From NCBI GenBank assembly GCA_028534125.1, contig CM052817.1:33420001-33484000 (forward strand): a stretch of DNA of 64,000 nucleotides, read 5' to 3'. This document shows, piece by piece, positions 49,151 to 60,010 of the stretch (its first letter is position 1; the number at the start of each line of letters is the position of its first letter). The translations under genes and the position numbers were made by a program. Source of the DNA: Lama glama (taxonomy: Eukaryota). The notes below the pieces were generated by a model. It did no database searches, had not been told where the DNA came from, and saw only the letters and a program-made list of their open reading frames with translations.

Positions 49151-51049
49151 AAGGCTCATTCTGAAAGACTCCACAAACCATGGTCTAAGGAAGTTTGCAG
49201 TCCTCTCTCAAAGTGCTGTGGATTCAGGAATGTTGTGTTCCTAGATCTCGTGTGGTTTCTACTAGGCAGCATCTTAAGAAAGCCCAGTTTAAAGTATTAA
49301 TCCGATACTTACATATAATCAATTTAAACCGAGCTCTCTAGGCAAACGTCCACTTAAAAGCCAGGCACATTCTAATATTTCAGGCAGGCTCTCTGCTCCC
49401 TTATTCTTGGGGCCACTGAAACAAAGTTACTGGAAATGAAGATGGGACATTAGGAGGCAGAATGGCATAATGGAAAGCTCTAGAATCAGGTTTAGCCCTG
49501 GCTTTGTGAGCACAAACACAAGAAAATAGAATGTTCTGCCCCGAGTTATTGTGAGTATTACATTAGGCAATTCACGTGAAACCGCTTTGCACGGTTCCTG
49601 GCACAGAGTAGCTGCTCAGTAAAGAGCGGAGGCGCCCTTGTGTAGCCCAGTTGGACACCTCTCTTGTCCCCAAGTGAATGTCTCCCCTTTGTCTCCTCCC
49701 CTTTGCCTCCATCCCACTTCTGTCGAGTGACACAGGGCACACTGTCTCCCGCAGGCTGGGATTCTTTTTCAGAGCTTTGCTGTCTTGTAGGTATTTTTAG
49801 GTTTTGGTTTTGGGGTTTGGGGGGTCATCAATAACATGGAATGCGGGTCCTGCCCTTTAACTAGAGGACAATCACCCCGGACCTGAACCAGAGGCATTAC
49901 CTCTTGGAGTCCAGGACTCCAAATGGCTCCAGGCCCTTCCCCTCACACTTTAGGACCAGATAGGGGCCCTTCCTGGCTCCTTATTCTCTTGGCCTCCAGG
50001 GAACAGGCAGGCCATCCTCAAAATCATGACCTATTACTAAGCATTTACAACCAGCAGAGCGCTACTCTGGGGCCTTGGTTTCAGGTGCTCTTGTGAACAG
50101 TATTTTCTTTGAACCCCAAGACAAGGCAGTGAGGAATTAGAAGGCACAGACTGAGTGGAGTCACCCTCGCTCAGCGCTCGCTGGCCGAGGGACCTGGACA
50201 GGCACACTCTCTGTGTCTCAGTGCCGCCTCTACAAAGTCGAGCTAATGGAAGCGTCTACTGCACCTCGGCTGTTATGGAACTGAAGCAACAGAACTGGGG
50301 AAGCTCTAAGCAGGGCCTGCCCCCCTGCCAGCAAGCAGCGCACTGTCCCGGGGACACGCGCCCGGGGCTCACAAAGGTGAGGCACCAGCTCGACATTACA
50401 TGCCTTAAAGGACGAAGCGGGAGCTTAAGCCCAGAACTCTCAACAACGAAACTACATGTAATTTGATCAAGAGAAAGCAAAATAAAAGCCTCCTTGTTCT
50501 TATTGAGAATGCCGCTGTTGGAGCAACCTCTGTGCTGCTCATTCCTCTCCGTCCTTTCTCCCTCCCCTACGGAGGTTAAGGGTCGGGCTTTGCAGGAAGG
50601 TTGTGTATTGGGATCAGCCTAAGGTTTACTGCTGTCTCACCACTGAGCCCGTCCTTTCTTCGGGGCTCACTCATCTTCAATCCACTTCTCCGATAACCTC
50701 ATTATTTCTGTTTATCTGTTTAGCAAATACTAATTGAGTCAGCATCCTCTTAGGCACTAGATGAAAAGATATGGCCTCACCCTATTGGGTGACAGTTAGG
50801 AGAGTCACTGTTTACCAGCAGCAACTGAGTTACCGAAGGGAATTATGGAATGTTCTTCTCTTCAAAAATAGGACGGTTTCTTAATCAGCCGGCTGTCTGG
50901 CTAACTTATCTGGAAGACAAGAAAGCAAAGGCCTGGGAGAGATTCATATCAAGCTGGGAGGAGGCTCGTTCTTTGCAAATTGACTAACAGCTCAGAGCAG
51001 GGCTGAGTCGTCCCCTCCTCCTTCCCTATGGTGCCTTCAGGGAAGGCAG

Positions 51050-51270
51050 TGACAAGGTGGTGATGAGCCCAGGCCTCCATGAGATCAATGTGCTTCGCAT
51101 CACAGCTCTGCTACTTAACCACTTGCAGTCTTGGTACAATCTTGGGCAAGTTACTGAGCTCTCTCAATCCCAGCTTCCTTATGAGATTCCTCATGGGAGA
51201 GGTAAAGAGATGGAGAAACAAAATGCTTCCCATAGCGCTGGCACATAGTAGATGCTCTGTGGATGACTAT
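51050..51270 (+). mobile_element. MIR SINE
   Basis: cacagctctgctacttaacc..aatcttgggcaagttactgagctctctc..gcgctggcacatagtagatgctc. Confidence 0.75.
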
Positions 51271-51565
51271 TATAACAGAGCACAGGCAAATTCTCCTCCG
51301 TGGTGAGGGAGGGGTGTGCCCACACAGGCCATGACTTCTTAAGACTCTGCTTCTAAAGGGGGCTGAAATCTGCAACAACATGGTTCCAGAAAAGCCTGAG
51401 CCAGGTCTGAGTGCTCAGTGGTAGATCAGGGCATCTGCCTCCAGACTGGTACCTGGAGCCTAATGCCATTAAGTGGCCAAGTCACCATCCTTTGCAAAAG
51501 CCTCTGCCTTATCTCCTTGCTTCCATCTTTGCCCCCTACAATCTAGTCTTTTTTTTTCTTATTTT

Positions 51566-52000
51566 ATGATGCAACCACATTATTGTGGAAATGTGTAGTT
51601 TATTCATTTCCACAGATGTGTAATGTTTTTATATTCAGTATTCATTTATTATTTAGAAGGTTTTGATATTATGAATAGAACTGCCTGTTAAACACAGTGT
51701 ATCTAGGTTCAGGGTTAGCCTAGTCTGTCTAGGGTATAGACTTATAGGAGCTAAATTACAGGATATAAGATATGTGCATATTCAGCATTATTAGGTAATG
51801 ATTTATGGTTTTATTATCTGTAATAAATATATAATAAATAATATAGAGAGTCATAACCTTGATTTTATTTATTTATTTTTGCCAATCTGATGAATGTGAA
51901 CTAACAACTGATTATGGTTTTAATTTGCATGTCTAGGATTAATAATGAGGTGAGATATCTTTTATGTTTCCTTGTCCTTTAATGCGTCTGACTCAGCCAT
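51566..52000 (-). mobile_element. Old L1ME-type fragment
   Basis: tctagggtatagacttataggagctaaattacagg..ttttgccaatctgatgaatgtgaa..tggttttaatttgcatgtct. Confidence 0.7.
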
Positions 52001-52371
52001 GCACGTACATATTTTCAGACTGCAGGATTGATTCATCTTATTTATTAAACTTTCTGTCTCATCCCTCAGCTTTCTAACTTGCAGATGTACTCAACGCCCA
52101 GCACGCACCAGCCTGGATTATGTCTACCCGAGCCTCCCACCTCCCTGCTTCCACGCTCCAAGAATCGCGTTGCTTCAGTGGAACTTTGCTGTTTGAAGGC
52201 ACTTCATTCAGTTTGCTTTTTAGGGCTTTGCTCTTCATTTCCCTTGTCATTGATATTCTACTATGTTTTGTCCTTTTATCTTCTTTCTCCACTCCCCGCC
52301 TAGCCATTTTCCAGATTTAAACATATTCATGTGTCTAGAATGTTAAGGCAAAGTGAAGAGCTAAGGCAACT

Positions 52372-53137
52372 ATTTTTTTTATCTTTTGACCCCCTTCACC
52401 CATTTCTCCCATTCCCCAACCCCTGGCATCTGGCAACCGCCTAGCTGTTTAATATCTATAAGCTTGGTTTTACATATATATATTTTAGATTCCACATATA
52501 AGAGAAATTATAGTTTTTTTCCTTCTCTGTGTGATTTACTTCTCTTGGCATAATGCCTTCAAGTTTCATCCATGTTGCCACAAAGGGCAAGATTTCATTC
52601 TTTTTCATGGTTGAATAATGTTCTATATACATATGTATCAATCACAACTTCTTTATCAATTCATCCCTCAGCGGACACTTAGGTTGTTTTCATATCTTGG
52701 CTATTGTCAATAGTGTTGCAATAAACATGTGGTTGCATATATGTTTTCAAGTTAGTGCTTTCTTTTTCTTGGGATACAATACCCAAAAGTGGAATTGCTG
52801 GATCACATGGTAGTTCTATTTTTAATTTCTTGAGGAAACTCTATAGTGTTTCCCATAATGACTGCACCAACTTACATTCCCACTAACAGTGCACAAGAGC
52901 TCCTTTTTCTCCACATCCTCGCCAACACTTGTTTTTATTTCTTGTCTTTTTGATGATAGCCATTCTGACAGGTGTGAGGTGGTATCTCATTGCACTTTTG
53001 ATTTGCATTTCCCTGATGATTAGTGATGTTGAGCATCTCTTCACAAACCTGTTGGCCAACTGTATGTCTTCTCTGGGAAAACATCTATTTATATATTCTG
53101 CCCATTTAAAAAATCGTATTGCTTATTTTTGCTATTG
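52372..53137 (-). mobile_element. LINE-1 (L1MA-like) ORF2 C-terminus and partial 3' UTR
   Basis: ORF 52456-52641(-) HYSTMKKNEILPFVATWMKLEGIM matches the L1 ORF2p C-terminus; well-preserved gatagccattctgacaggtgtgaggtggtatctcattg. Confidence 0.95.
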
Positions 53138-54199
53138 AGTCTATTCTTATCACAGTTTCCAAAGAATAAGTCAGATTATACCATTTCTCTGCCTCAAATC
53201 TTCTAAGGGATATTTATCTCTTGTGGGAATAAGCCATAGTTATTAGAAAGAAAGTTTCCCGCTAGCACAAACACATGCTCCTTCCCCCAGGCAGACGCGG
53301 TCGTCCTGCATCAGGGCACCAGGCCTGGTGAGCTCAGGCATCCTTGTGCGCTGAGCAGCCTACACGGTGGTCCCTGCGGTGCTGCTTCAACCCCTCTACT
53401 TGGCCACATGACTGCTCACTGCAGGCCTTATTATTCTTCCTCTTCCTCTCTCTAATCCAACTACACTTGAAGTTCGTTGAACACCCAAGTGTACTTTCAC
53501 CTCGGGACCTTTGAACTTGCTGTCCCCTCTGTTTGGGAGTCTCATTGCCTGGATATTCTCCACCTTGCTCCCCCACTTCATTCCAGTCTCTGCTCTAAGA
53601 CCATCTTTCAGTGGATTCTTCACCCACCCCTGTATTTAAAGTTAGATGCTCTTCCCCCCACCCCGCACTCCCTATTCCTCACCCCTGCTTTGTATTCTCC
53701 ATAGCACTTACCACTAGTAGTTTATGTTACTTTTGATATTATTTATTTATTTTACTGTCTGCTTCTCCCCACTGGAATAGAAGTTACATGATGGCAGAGA
53801 ATTTTGACTGTTGTTCACTGCTGTATCCCCAGTGCTTGGCACATAGTAGGAGCTCAATAAAGATCAGATAAATAAATGAATCATCCTGAAGACAAGCCCA
53901 ACAGCCAAGAAAAGCTCAGCTCCCGCCTCCTGCCCTGCTGTGAGCACCAAGACACAGCTGTGGGATTGCTGTTCTGGACAGAGGAGGGATGGAATATGCT
54001 GCCTCACCAAGGCTCAGGCGTGGGGCTGGCATTTCCCCAGAGAGGCTCTCAGGCCCACAGAAGCTGTACATCTGGTCAGGAGTCCCCCAGGTAGTCTGGC
54101 ATGGAGCAGGTGCTCAGTATCACTGGAATGATACAATGGCCACATCCTCCCGTGGCTGAACTGAGCTGTTGGCCACACAACCAGCAAGATGGGTCTCTC

Positions 54200-54400
54200 T
54201 CTCCAGCATGGTGTCAGAAGGCCTGGTTTCAAGTTCCCAGATTGCCGCTCACTCGTTGTTTTTTGCCAGCTCAGTCACTTAACCTCACTAAATGTCAATT
54301 CTCTCATCAGTAAAATGGAGATCATAGCTCATACACTGCTGGTATAATGAGACTGCCATGAGGATCAAATGAAGTAACGGAGATGTGCAACAGAGGTGCT
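54200..54400 (+). mobile_element. MIR SINE
   Basis: gcctggtttcaagttcccag..cagtcacttaacctcactaaatgtcaattctctcatcagtaaaatggagatcatag..atgaggatcaaatgaagtaa. Confidence 0.8.
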
Positions 54401-54453
54401 GAGTGCCTCAGGGGGACTTTGCCAATCCTCACCCAAGCCCTGCCTGCTCTTCC
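54401..54453 (+). repeat. 53-bp exact direct repeat, copy 1
   Basis: gagtgcctcagggggactttgccaatcctcacccaagccctgcctgctcttcc, identical to 56045-56097. Confidence 0.97.
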
Positions 54454-54454
54454 T

Positions 54455-54830
54455 TCAATAGCCAATCTCCCCTTCTTCCACTATAATACACCCGTGAGCT
54501 GGGCACATCCTTCCTCCCAGTAAAAGACTACACTTCCCAGCCTCCCTTGCAGCTAGAAGGGGCCATGTGACTTCATTCTGGCCAATGGGATGTGAGCTGA
54601 AGGGATATGGCAACTTTGAGGTTCTACCCGTAGAGAGAGGGATGCGCCCTCCTCCCCTGTCCCTTTCCTGAGCACTGGAAAGCAGAGAAGGTAGCAAGCC
54701 ATCTCGGGCCATGTGGAAGTATGCACAAACTGGGCTCTTCAACATCTCATGTGGCAAAGCCAGTATTCCAGCTTAGACTTCTGTATGAGAAGGAAATGAC
54801 ATGTTTTAAGCCACTTATTTGGGGCGTGTC
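54455..54830 (+). mobile_element. MaLR LTR, MLT1I/J-like, 5' end missing
   Basis: aaagactacacttcccagcctcccttgcagctagaaggggccatgtgacttcattctggccaatgggatgtgagc..ttttaagccacttatttgggg. Confidence 0.85.
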
Positions 54831-55069
54831 TTCATTCATCCATTGATACAAAGAGCATTTACTGAGTAGCTGTTGTGTGCCAGGCAAATATTAGGTACTG
54901 AGACAGATGCAAAAAATACTTCCTTCCCTTTGAGAACCAGAGGGGGAGACCTGGCATATAGAAGTCATCACAACATAAGGTAGTATGGGCTCTAATGATG
55001 TAAAGCCAGGGTGCTGTGGAACCCGAGAGGAAGGTGCAGGTGCTTTGCAAGCTCTACAACTCACTATAC

Positions 55070-56065
55070 TTTCATTTACTCGTGTGTTTACTGAACATCT
55101 ATTACGTGCTAGACACTGCTCTTGATTTTGAAAGCACCATATTGGAGAGACAGACAAGGTCCCAGTTCTCAAGTGGTTTACATGTCTTATAAACAAATCA
55201 TTTTTATATCAATAAATAAGATAACTTTCAAGAGGGTTAAGTGCTGTAGAGACCAGTGCTCACTTCAGCAGCACGTGTACTAAAATTGGAATGATACAGA
55301 GAAGATTAGCATGGCCCCTGCAGAAGGATGACACACAAATTCGTGAAGCATTCTGTATTTTTTAACAACAACAAAAAAAGTGCTATAGACACCATAAAAC
55401 AGGAGATTTAATGGAGTGTAATAGGTTTATTGAGGAGGGATGCATGTTTTAAATCAGTTGCTGTTGGAAACCCTAGTGACATTTAAGCTGGGACCAGAAA
55501 CTGGGAGAAGAGTATTTGGGGCAGAGGGCAAAGGTGAGTGCAGATGCAAAGGCCCTGCAGTGGGATGAAGGTCACTGTGGCTGGAGTGACTGACGGGGTA
55601 GGTAGACAAAGTCAGAGGGGCAGCCTGGCTGGACTAGTGCCTCGTCAGCCACAGTAAGGAGTGCAAAATTTCCCCCGAGGCTGGAAGCCCCTGGAGGTCA
55701 GATTCTTGCTTTAAGCTGATCCTTCTGGCTGCTCCGTGGGTACACGCCAGGTAAGAGAGCTGGTGACTTAGATGAGGCTGGCAGCACAGGAGCAGAGAAG
55801 TGGTCAGATTAGGGATCTGTTTGGGAGGTAGTGTTGGCAAAACCTGCTGATAGAATGGGCGAAGGCACGTGAGCACAAGAATAATCAAATCTGAAACGTT
55901 CGGCTTGAGCAGCTGGGTGGTGGGATGCACAAGATGGGAAAGGACGGCCACGTTTGGGCTGAGGGCCAGATCATGGGCTCTGATTTCTATGTAATGGAAG
56001 TTATTGGCAGCCATCGTAAAACTGGCTTTTGTCCAAATGAGCTGGAGTGCCTCAGGGGGACTTTG
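55070..56065 (-). mobile_element. L2 LINE fragments, host of the U6 retrocopy
   Basis: tttactgaacatctattacgtgctagacactg..gacagacaaggtcccagttctc..gagaagtggtcagattagggatctgtttgggagg..ggcttgagcagctgggtgg. Confidence 0.85.
55256..55363 (+). pseudogene. RNU6: Full-length U6 snRNA processed pseudogene
   Basis: gtgctcacttcagcagcacgtgtactaaaattggaatgatacagagaagattagcatggcccctgcagaaggatgacacacaaattcgtgaagcattctgtatttttt; about 11 substitutions vs canonical U6, about half at CpG; A-rich tail; 17-bp TSD aagtgctgtagagacca (55239-55255) / aagtgctatagacacca (55378-55394). Confidence 0.97.
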
Positions 56066-56097
56066 CCAATCCTCACCCAAGCCCTGCCTGCTCTTCC
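56045..56097 (+). repeat. 53-bp exact direct repeat, copy 2
   Basis: Identical to 54401-54453. Confidence 0.97.
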
Positions 56098-56662
56098 CAC
56101 CCAACAGCCAACATTCTGACTGCACACCCTACACCAGCGGCTCCCATTGCCTCTCTGATCCCTCCTGCAGGACCTCTCCTTGCCCACGGGTGGCCATCCT
56201 GCCATTTCTGGACACTTCCAGTCCTGCTTCTGCCTCGGGGCCTGTGTTCCCACTATCTTCTTAGCATGGCCTGCTCCTCCCATTCATCCCCCAGGCGCTC
56301 ACCTGCCTCTCCCTTTTGTTGCCTTCAAATCTTTGGCCAAAGGTCATCTTCTCAAGGAAATCAATCCAGGCCACACTACTCGTTGGAAAATCACAAAACT
56401 CCACTCTCCCCCTCTTGCCAATATACCCTGTCCCTCTCTCACCAGCTTTACTTTTCTCCAGAGTACTTACCACCTTCTAATAGACTGACATCTTTCTATC
56501 TATTTACGTATTGTCCAGCCCCTGTCACTTGAATATAAACTTCAGGTTTATATTCAAAGATATAAGTTAGGATTTTGCCTGCTTTGTTCACTGCTGTATG
56601 CCCAGAGGCTAGAACGATGCCTGACACATAGCAGAGGCTCAGAAAATACACTCTGAGTGACT
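56066..56662 (+). mobile_element. L2 LINE 3' portion
   Basis: gccttcaaatctttggccaaaggtcatcttctcaagg..ttgttcactgctgtatgcccagaggctagaacgatgcctgacacatagcagaggctcag. Confidence 0.85.
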
Positions 56663-57171
56663 TAAAGTGCATTATGGTATCTTTCTCTCGTAGGGGAGTT
56701 ATTGTTTCAATATAAATTTGTCTTCAGTAGGAAGTGATGAAGAGGAAATCTGTCCAGGTCCTATCCTGGATTGATGACTAGTTTCCCAGGTAAACCAGGA
56801 CAACTGGTCACTTCTACTATCACCCCATTTTACAGCTGAGAAAACTGAGGCTCAGTCAGATTCCAATTTTTCTAATGCCTTAGAAATACCAGTCATGTAC
56901 TGGCCTGTTAGGTCATCCAGCCAAACTCCAGTACCTGAGCAGGACCCAGAGTATTTCTCTCACACTCACACCCATTTGTAATGTGTCAGTGAGTGGAGAT
57001 TAGCTCTTACACGAGCACAGATTTGAAAAGCGCTGTCATTCGTGAAAATTAAAACTGTGAGTAACCTCTGTGTGGGATCCTGGGGAGACAAGGAATCTTC
57101 TAGTCATCAATACAGAGCCCTGGACTTCGGTTTGCTTCTTCGACATTTATTAAGAGCTTACTGTTTTCTTA

Positions 57172-57308
57172 GGGGGAGGGTATAGCTCAGTGGTAGAGCA
57201 TGTGCTTAGCATGCACGAGGTCTTGGGTTCAATCCGCAGTCCCTCCATTAAAATAAATCAATGATCCTAATTACCTTCCCCCAAGAAATAAACAAAGTAA
57301 AAACTTTC
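57172..57308 (+). mobile_element. tRNA-derived SINE, camelid Vic-1 type
   Basis: ggggagggtatagctcagtggtagagcatgtgcttagcatgcacgaggtcttgggttcaatcc (Pol III A and B boxes), tail cctaattaccttccccc plus A-rich end; perfect 20-bp TSD aagagcttactgttttctta at 57152-57171 and 57309-57328. Confidence 0.93.
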
Positions 57309-57334
57309 AAGAGCTTACTGTTTTCTTAAAGACA

Positions 57335-57805
57335 ACAAAAACACACATACATGCAAATATTCATACCAGCACTATTCTCAACAGCCAGAAAGGAAAAACA
57401 ACCCAAATATCCATTAACAGACAAATGGACAAACAAAATGTGGTGCATAAATACAACTGAACATCACTGAGCCATAAAGCAAATGAGGTCATGGGACACA
57501 TGACAACGTGGGCGAACCTCAAAAACATTAGAGAACATGAGTGAAAGAAGCCAGACACAAAAAGTCACATATTGTATGATTCCACTGATAGGAAATGCCC
57601 ATAAATCCATAGCGACAGAAAGGAAATTGGAGGTTGTCGGGACTGCTTAATGAGCACGGCAGTTTATTCGGGGTGAGGAAAGTGGTTTTGAAATAGAGAT
57701 GGTGGTTGCGTAATATTGTGAACGTACTAAATGCCACTGAAATGTTCATTTTAAAGTGGTTCACTTTAACCTACGTGAATTTCACCTCAATCTTTTAGTA
57801 AAAAA
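57335..57805 (+). mobile_element. LINE-1 3' end (L1MB-like)
   Basis: acatgcaaatattcataccagcactattc..gagtgaaagaagccagacacaaaaagtcacatattgtatgattcc..gtactaaatgccactgaa..gtgaatttcacctcaat. Confidence 0.9.
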
Positions 57806-57809
57806 GCAT

Positions 57810-57972
57810 GTGCCTAAATTTGTTCCTCTAGTCTTCACAAAAACCCAACAAATGAGGCATTGATACTATTATTCCCACGAGGAAACTGAGCCTAGAGAGG
57901 GTGAGGCCCTGGTCAAGGTCACACAGATGTTAGACTTGGAGCCAAGGTCTGGTTGCCTCCAAAGCCTTGGCG
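57810..57972 (-). mobile_element. MIR SINE
   Basis: gaggaaactgagcctagagagggtgaggccctggtcaaggtcacacagatg..ttggagccaaggtctggttgcctccaaagcc. Confidence 0.8.
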
Positions 57973-59869
57973 CAGAACCGGGGTGTCTCCAAGGGAATAG
58001 AGGGCTGGCTGCGGGGGTGCGAAGGGGAGAAGCCCTGGCAGAGGTGGGGTTAAAGCAGAAGGGCTCTGGGCTCTCTTTAGGGTCCCAACCAGCACCAGCA
58101 AAACTCAGAGTCTTGAACCTTTTGGCTCCTGCTACATCTGCCCTCTGGTCTGACCGCGGCCCCGCTTCTCTTTGTGTTCCTCTGAACGCCCCACATCAGG
58201 GAGCAGCCGACACCAATGGCTGGGGGTTGGGGGGGCAGGGCCAAGTGAGGAATCCTGCAGAACCCTTGACCAAAGGCCCTAGTACCCCTCGCTTTCCCCT
58301 TCCTTAAAATGCCTTAAGTCTTTGACTCAACAACGGAGCACTTGAGTGACTTGAATATAAACATATTTCAAAAGAAGAGCATATTTTAGGCGGTTCTGTC
58401 TCAGCAGACTTGATGGGTGTAGTTCAGCTTGTGGGGAGGAGCAGGGGTGGCTGGTGGGGAGAGAGACTGGAGGACGGAGCAAACGTGGCAGAATGACACA
58501 CAGTTAGGGCTTTACGAAGTCTACCAGCTCTTTGTGAACACAAGACAAACTCCAGTGGGAGGCTCCCCGAGGAGCCCCTTTGACAGTTTCTGCACCTTTG
58601 GAGCTTCTCCTGTTTGTTTCCTCTTCAAAGCTTGTTAGCACCTCCCGATGGGGAGACTTTGGCCACTTAGGAGAGAGATGGGGCCTGGCTCCAGGGGCCT
58701 GACCCTCGGCCAGGGCTGGGGCTCCCATCAATTCCCTGTGAGTTTGTTGATGGTCGTTGAGGTGAGAAGGGCAGAGAAGGCAGAAGATCTCTGCAGACCC
58801 TCTTTTTTTCATTGTAGACTCTTCTTGATAGCATAACCGAAGTCCTCAATCATAATTTATACTCTGTGACCCCTTAAAAAAGCAAAAGACCAATGTGTCG
58901 GACAGAAGCAAGTCACAGTGACTTTGGAGAATTCAGAAGGGCCAAGGTGCTACCAGAGATCAGCAGGGACCCAACCCACTCCTCCTACTGAGCAGAACTG
59001 ACTTTCAGGAAGAGGAGCCCAACCTCCAGGGAGCCTGCCTGGGGAGTGGCTTTTCCTGTTGAAAGATCACGAAGCTCTGGTCTACAAAGTAGTTAAAGGG
59101 TCTTCCAGGAAGCAAAGTGTCTCCAGGTACACTCCACGCAGCCTGGGGCAGCCTTGTGCCCAGATGGTAAGGGCTTCCTTCTGGGCTCCGGCCAAGCCAG
59201 GATGGACACTCAGTCTAGAGCCACCATTCAAATACCAACAGCATTGCCTCCATGTTTGCCCCAGGAGGGGACCAACCCAGTATCTCTGGCTGAGTCCTAT
59301 GGGTCACTCCCACTGTCCCACTCACTCACACCAAGAAAGAGGAGGCCAGAAGATCTGAATATGCAAAGTCTCCAATGGTCTCATCCTCAATCAGCTTAAT
59401 GAAGAGGTTGCTGGTGACAATCAAACAGGCCCAGGAGACTATTGACAAATACATCAGCTGCCCAGGGTGGCAGGTCCCCTCAGCTAGCTCAGACCTTGGT
59501 GTTTTTCAATTGATTTTGAAATACTGAGGATTACTTAAGTTACTAAAGTCACATCTGGGGAGAAATTATACTCAGCTGTAGGAGATAAAGACCACTGTCT
59601 TGGTGGTATCTTCAGACAGCCTCTCTGTGCTGTCTTTTGAACCGCTCACATGTGCCTGATGCTTTAAATACAGTATTAAAATACGAGAGTAAAATCATTC
59701 TCGGGGAGAAAAAAAGATGAAAGGAGTGGAAATTAAATGGAATGCCAACAGATGTGTGTGTGCAGGAAAATAAGATGGGGGATGTGAACAAGTGGGTCAT
59801 AAATGAGGAAATGGTCCTCTCAACGTTGTTAATATCTCCAGACGGTTTCCCTTCAACCTTCAAGTGAAT

Positions 59870-60010
59870 GATACGGTAGAGTGACTAAAAGTTCAAGCTT
59901 TTCAGGCAGAATGTATAGGATCAAATCCTCACTCTGCCATTTACGAGCTGTGTTACTTTGGGTAAGCCCCTGACCTCTCTGTGTCTGTTTTCTCCTCAGT
60001 AGGTGGGGTA
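59870..60010 (+). mobile_element. MIR SINE 5' half
   Basis: taggatcaaatcctcactctgccatttacgagctgtgttactttgggtaagcccctgacctctctgtgtctgttttctcctc. Confidence 0.85.

Larger units (their letters stand above)
51475..53885 (+). mobile_element. L2 LINE interrupted by an L1-containing insertion at 51551-53139
   Basis: Left part ends ctccttgcttccatctttgccccctacaatctagtctt; L2 resumes agtctattcttatcacag..taagtcagattataccatttctctgcctcaaatc and ends cactgctgtatccccagtgcttggcacatagtaggagctcaataaa. Confidence 0.8.

Noticed and set aside
55256..55363. Functional U6 gene
   Set aside because: TSD, A-rich tail, CpG decay and L2-derived upstream sequence indicate a retrocopy.
57172..57247. Apparent tRNA gene
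   Set aside because: It is the head of a SINE, with SINE tail, A-rich end and 20-bp TSD.
58349..58362. 14-mer acttgaatataaac shared with 56527-56540
   Set aside because: An AT-rich 14-bp match is plausible by chance in 64 kb and does not extend.
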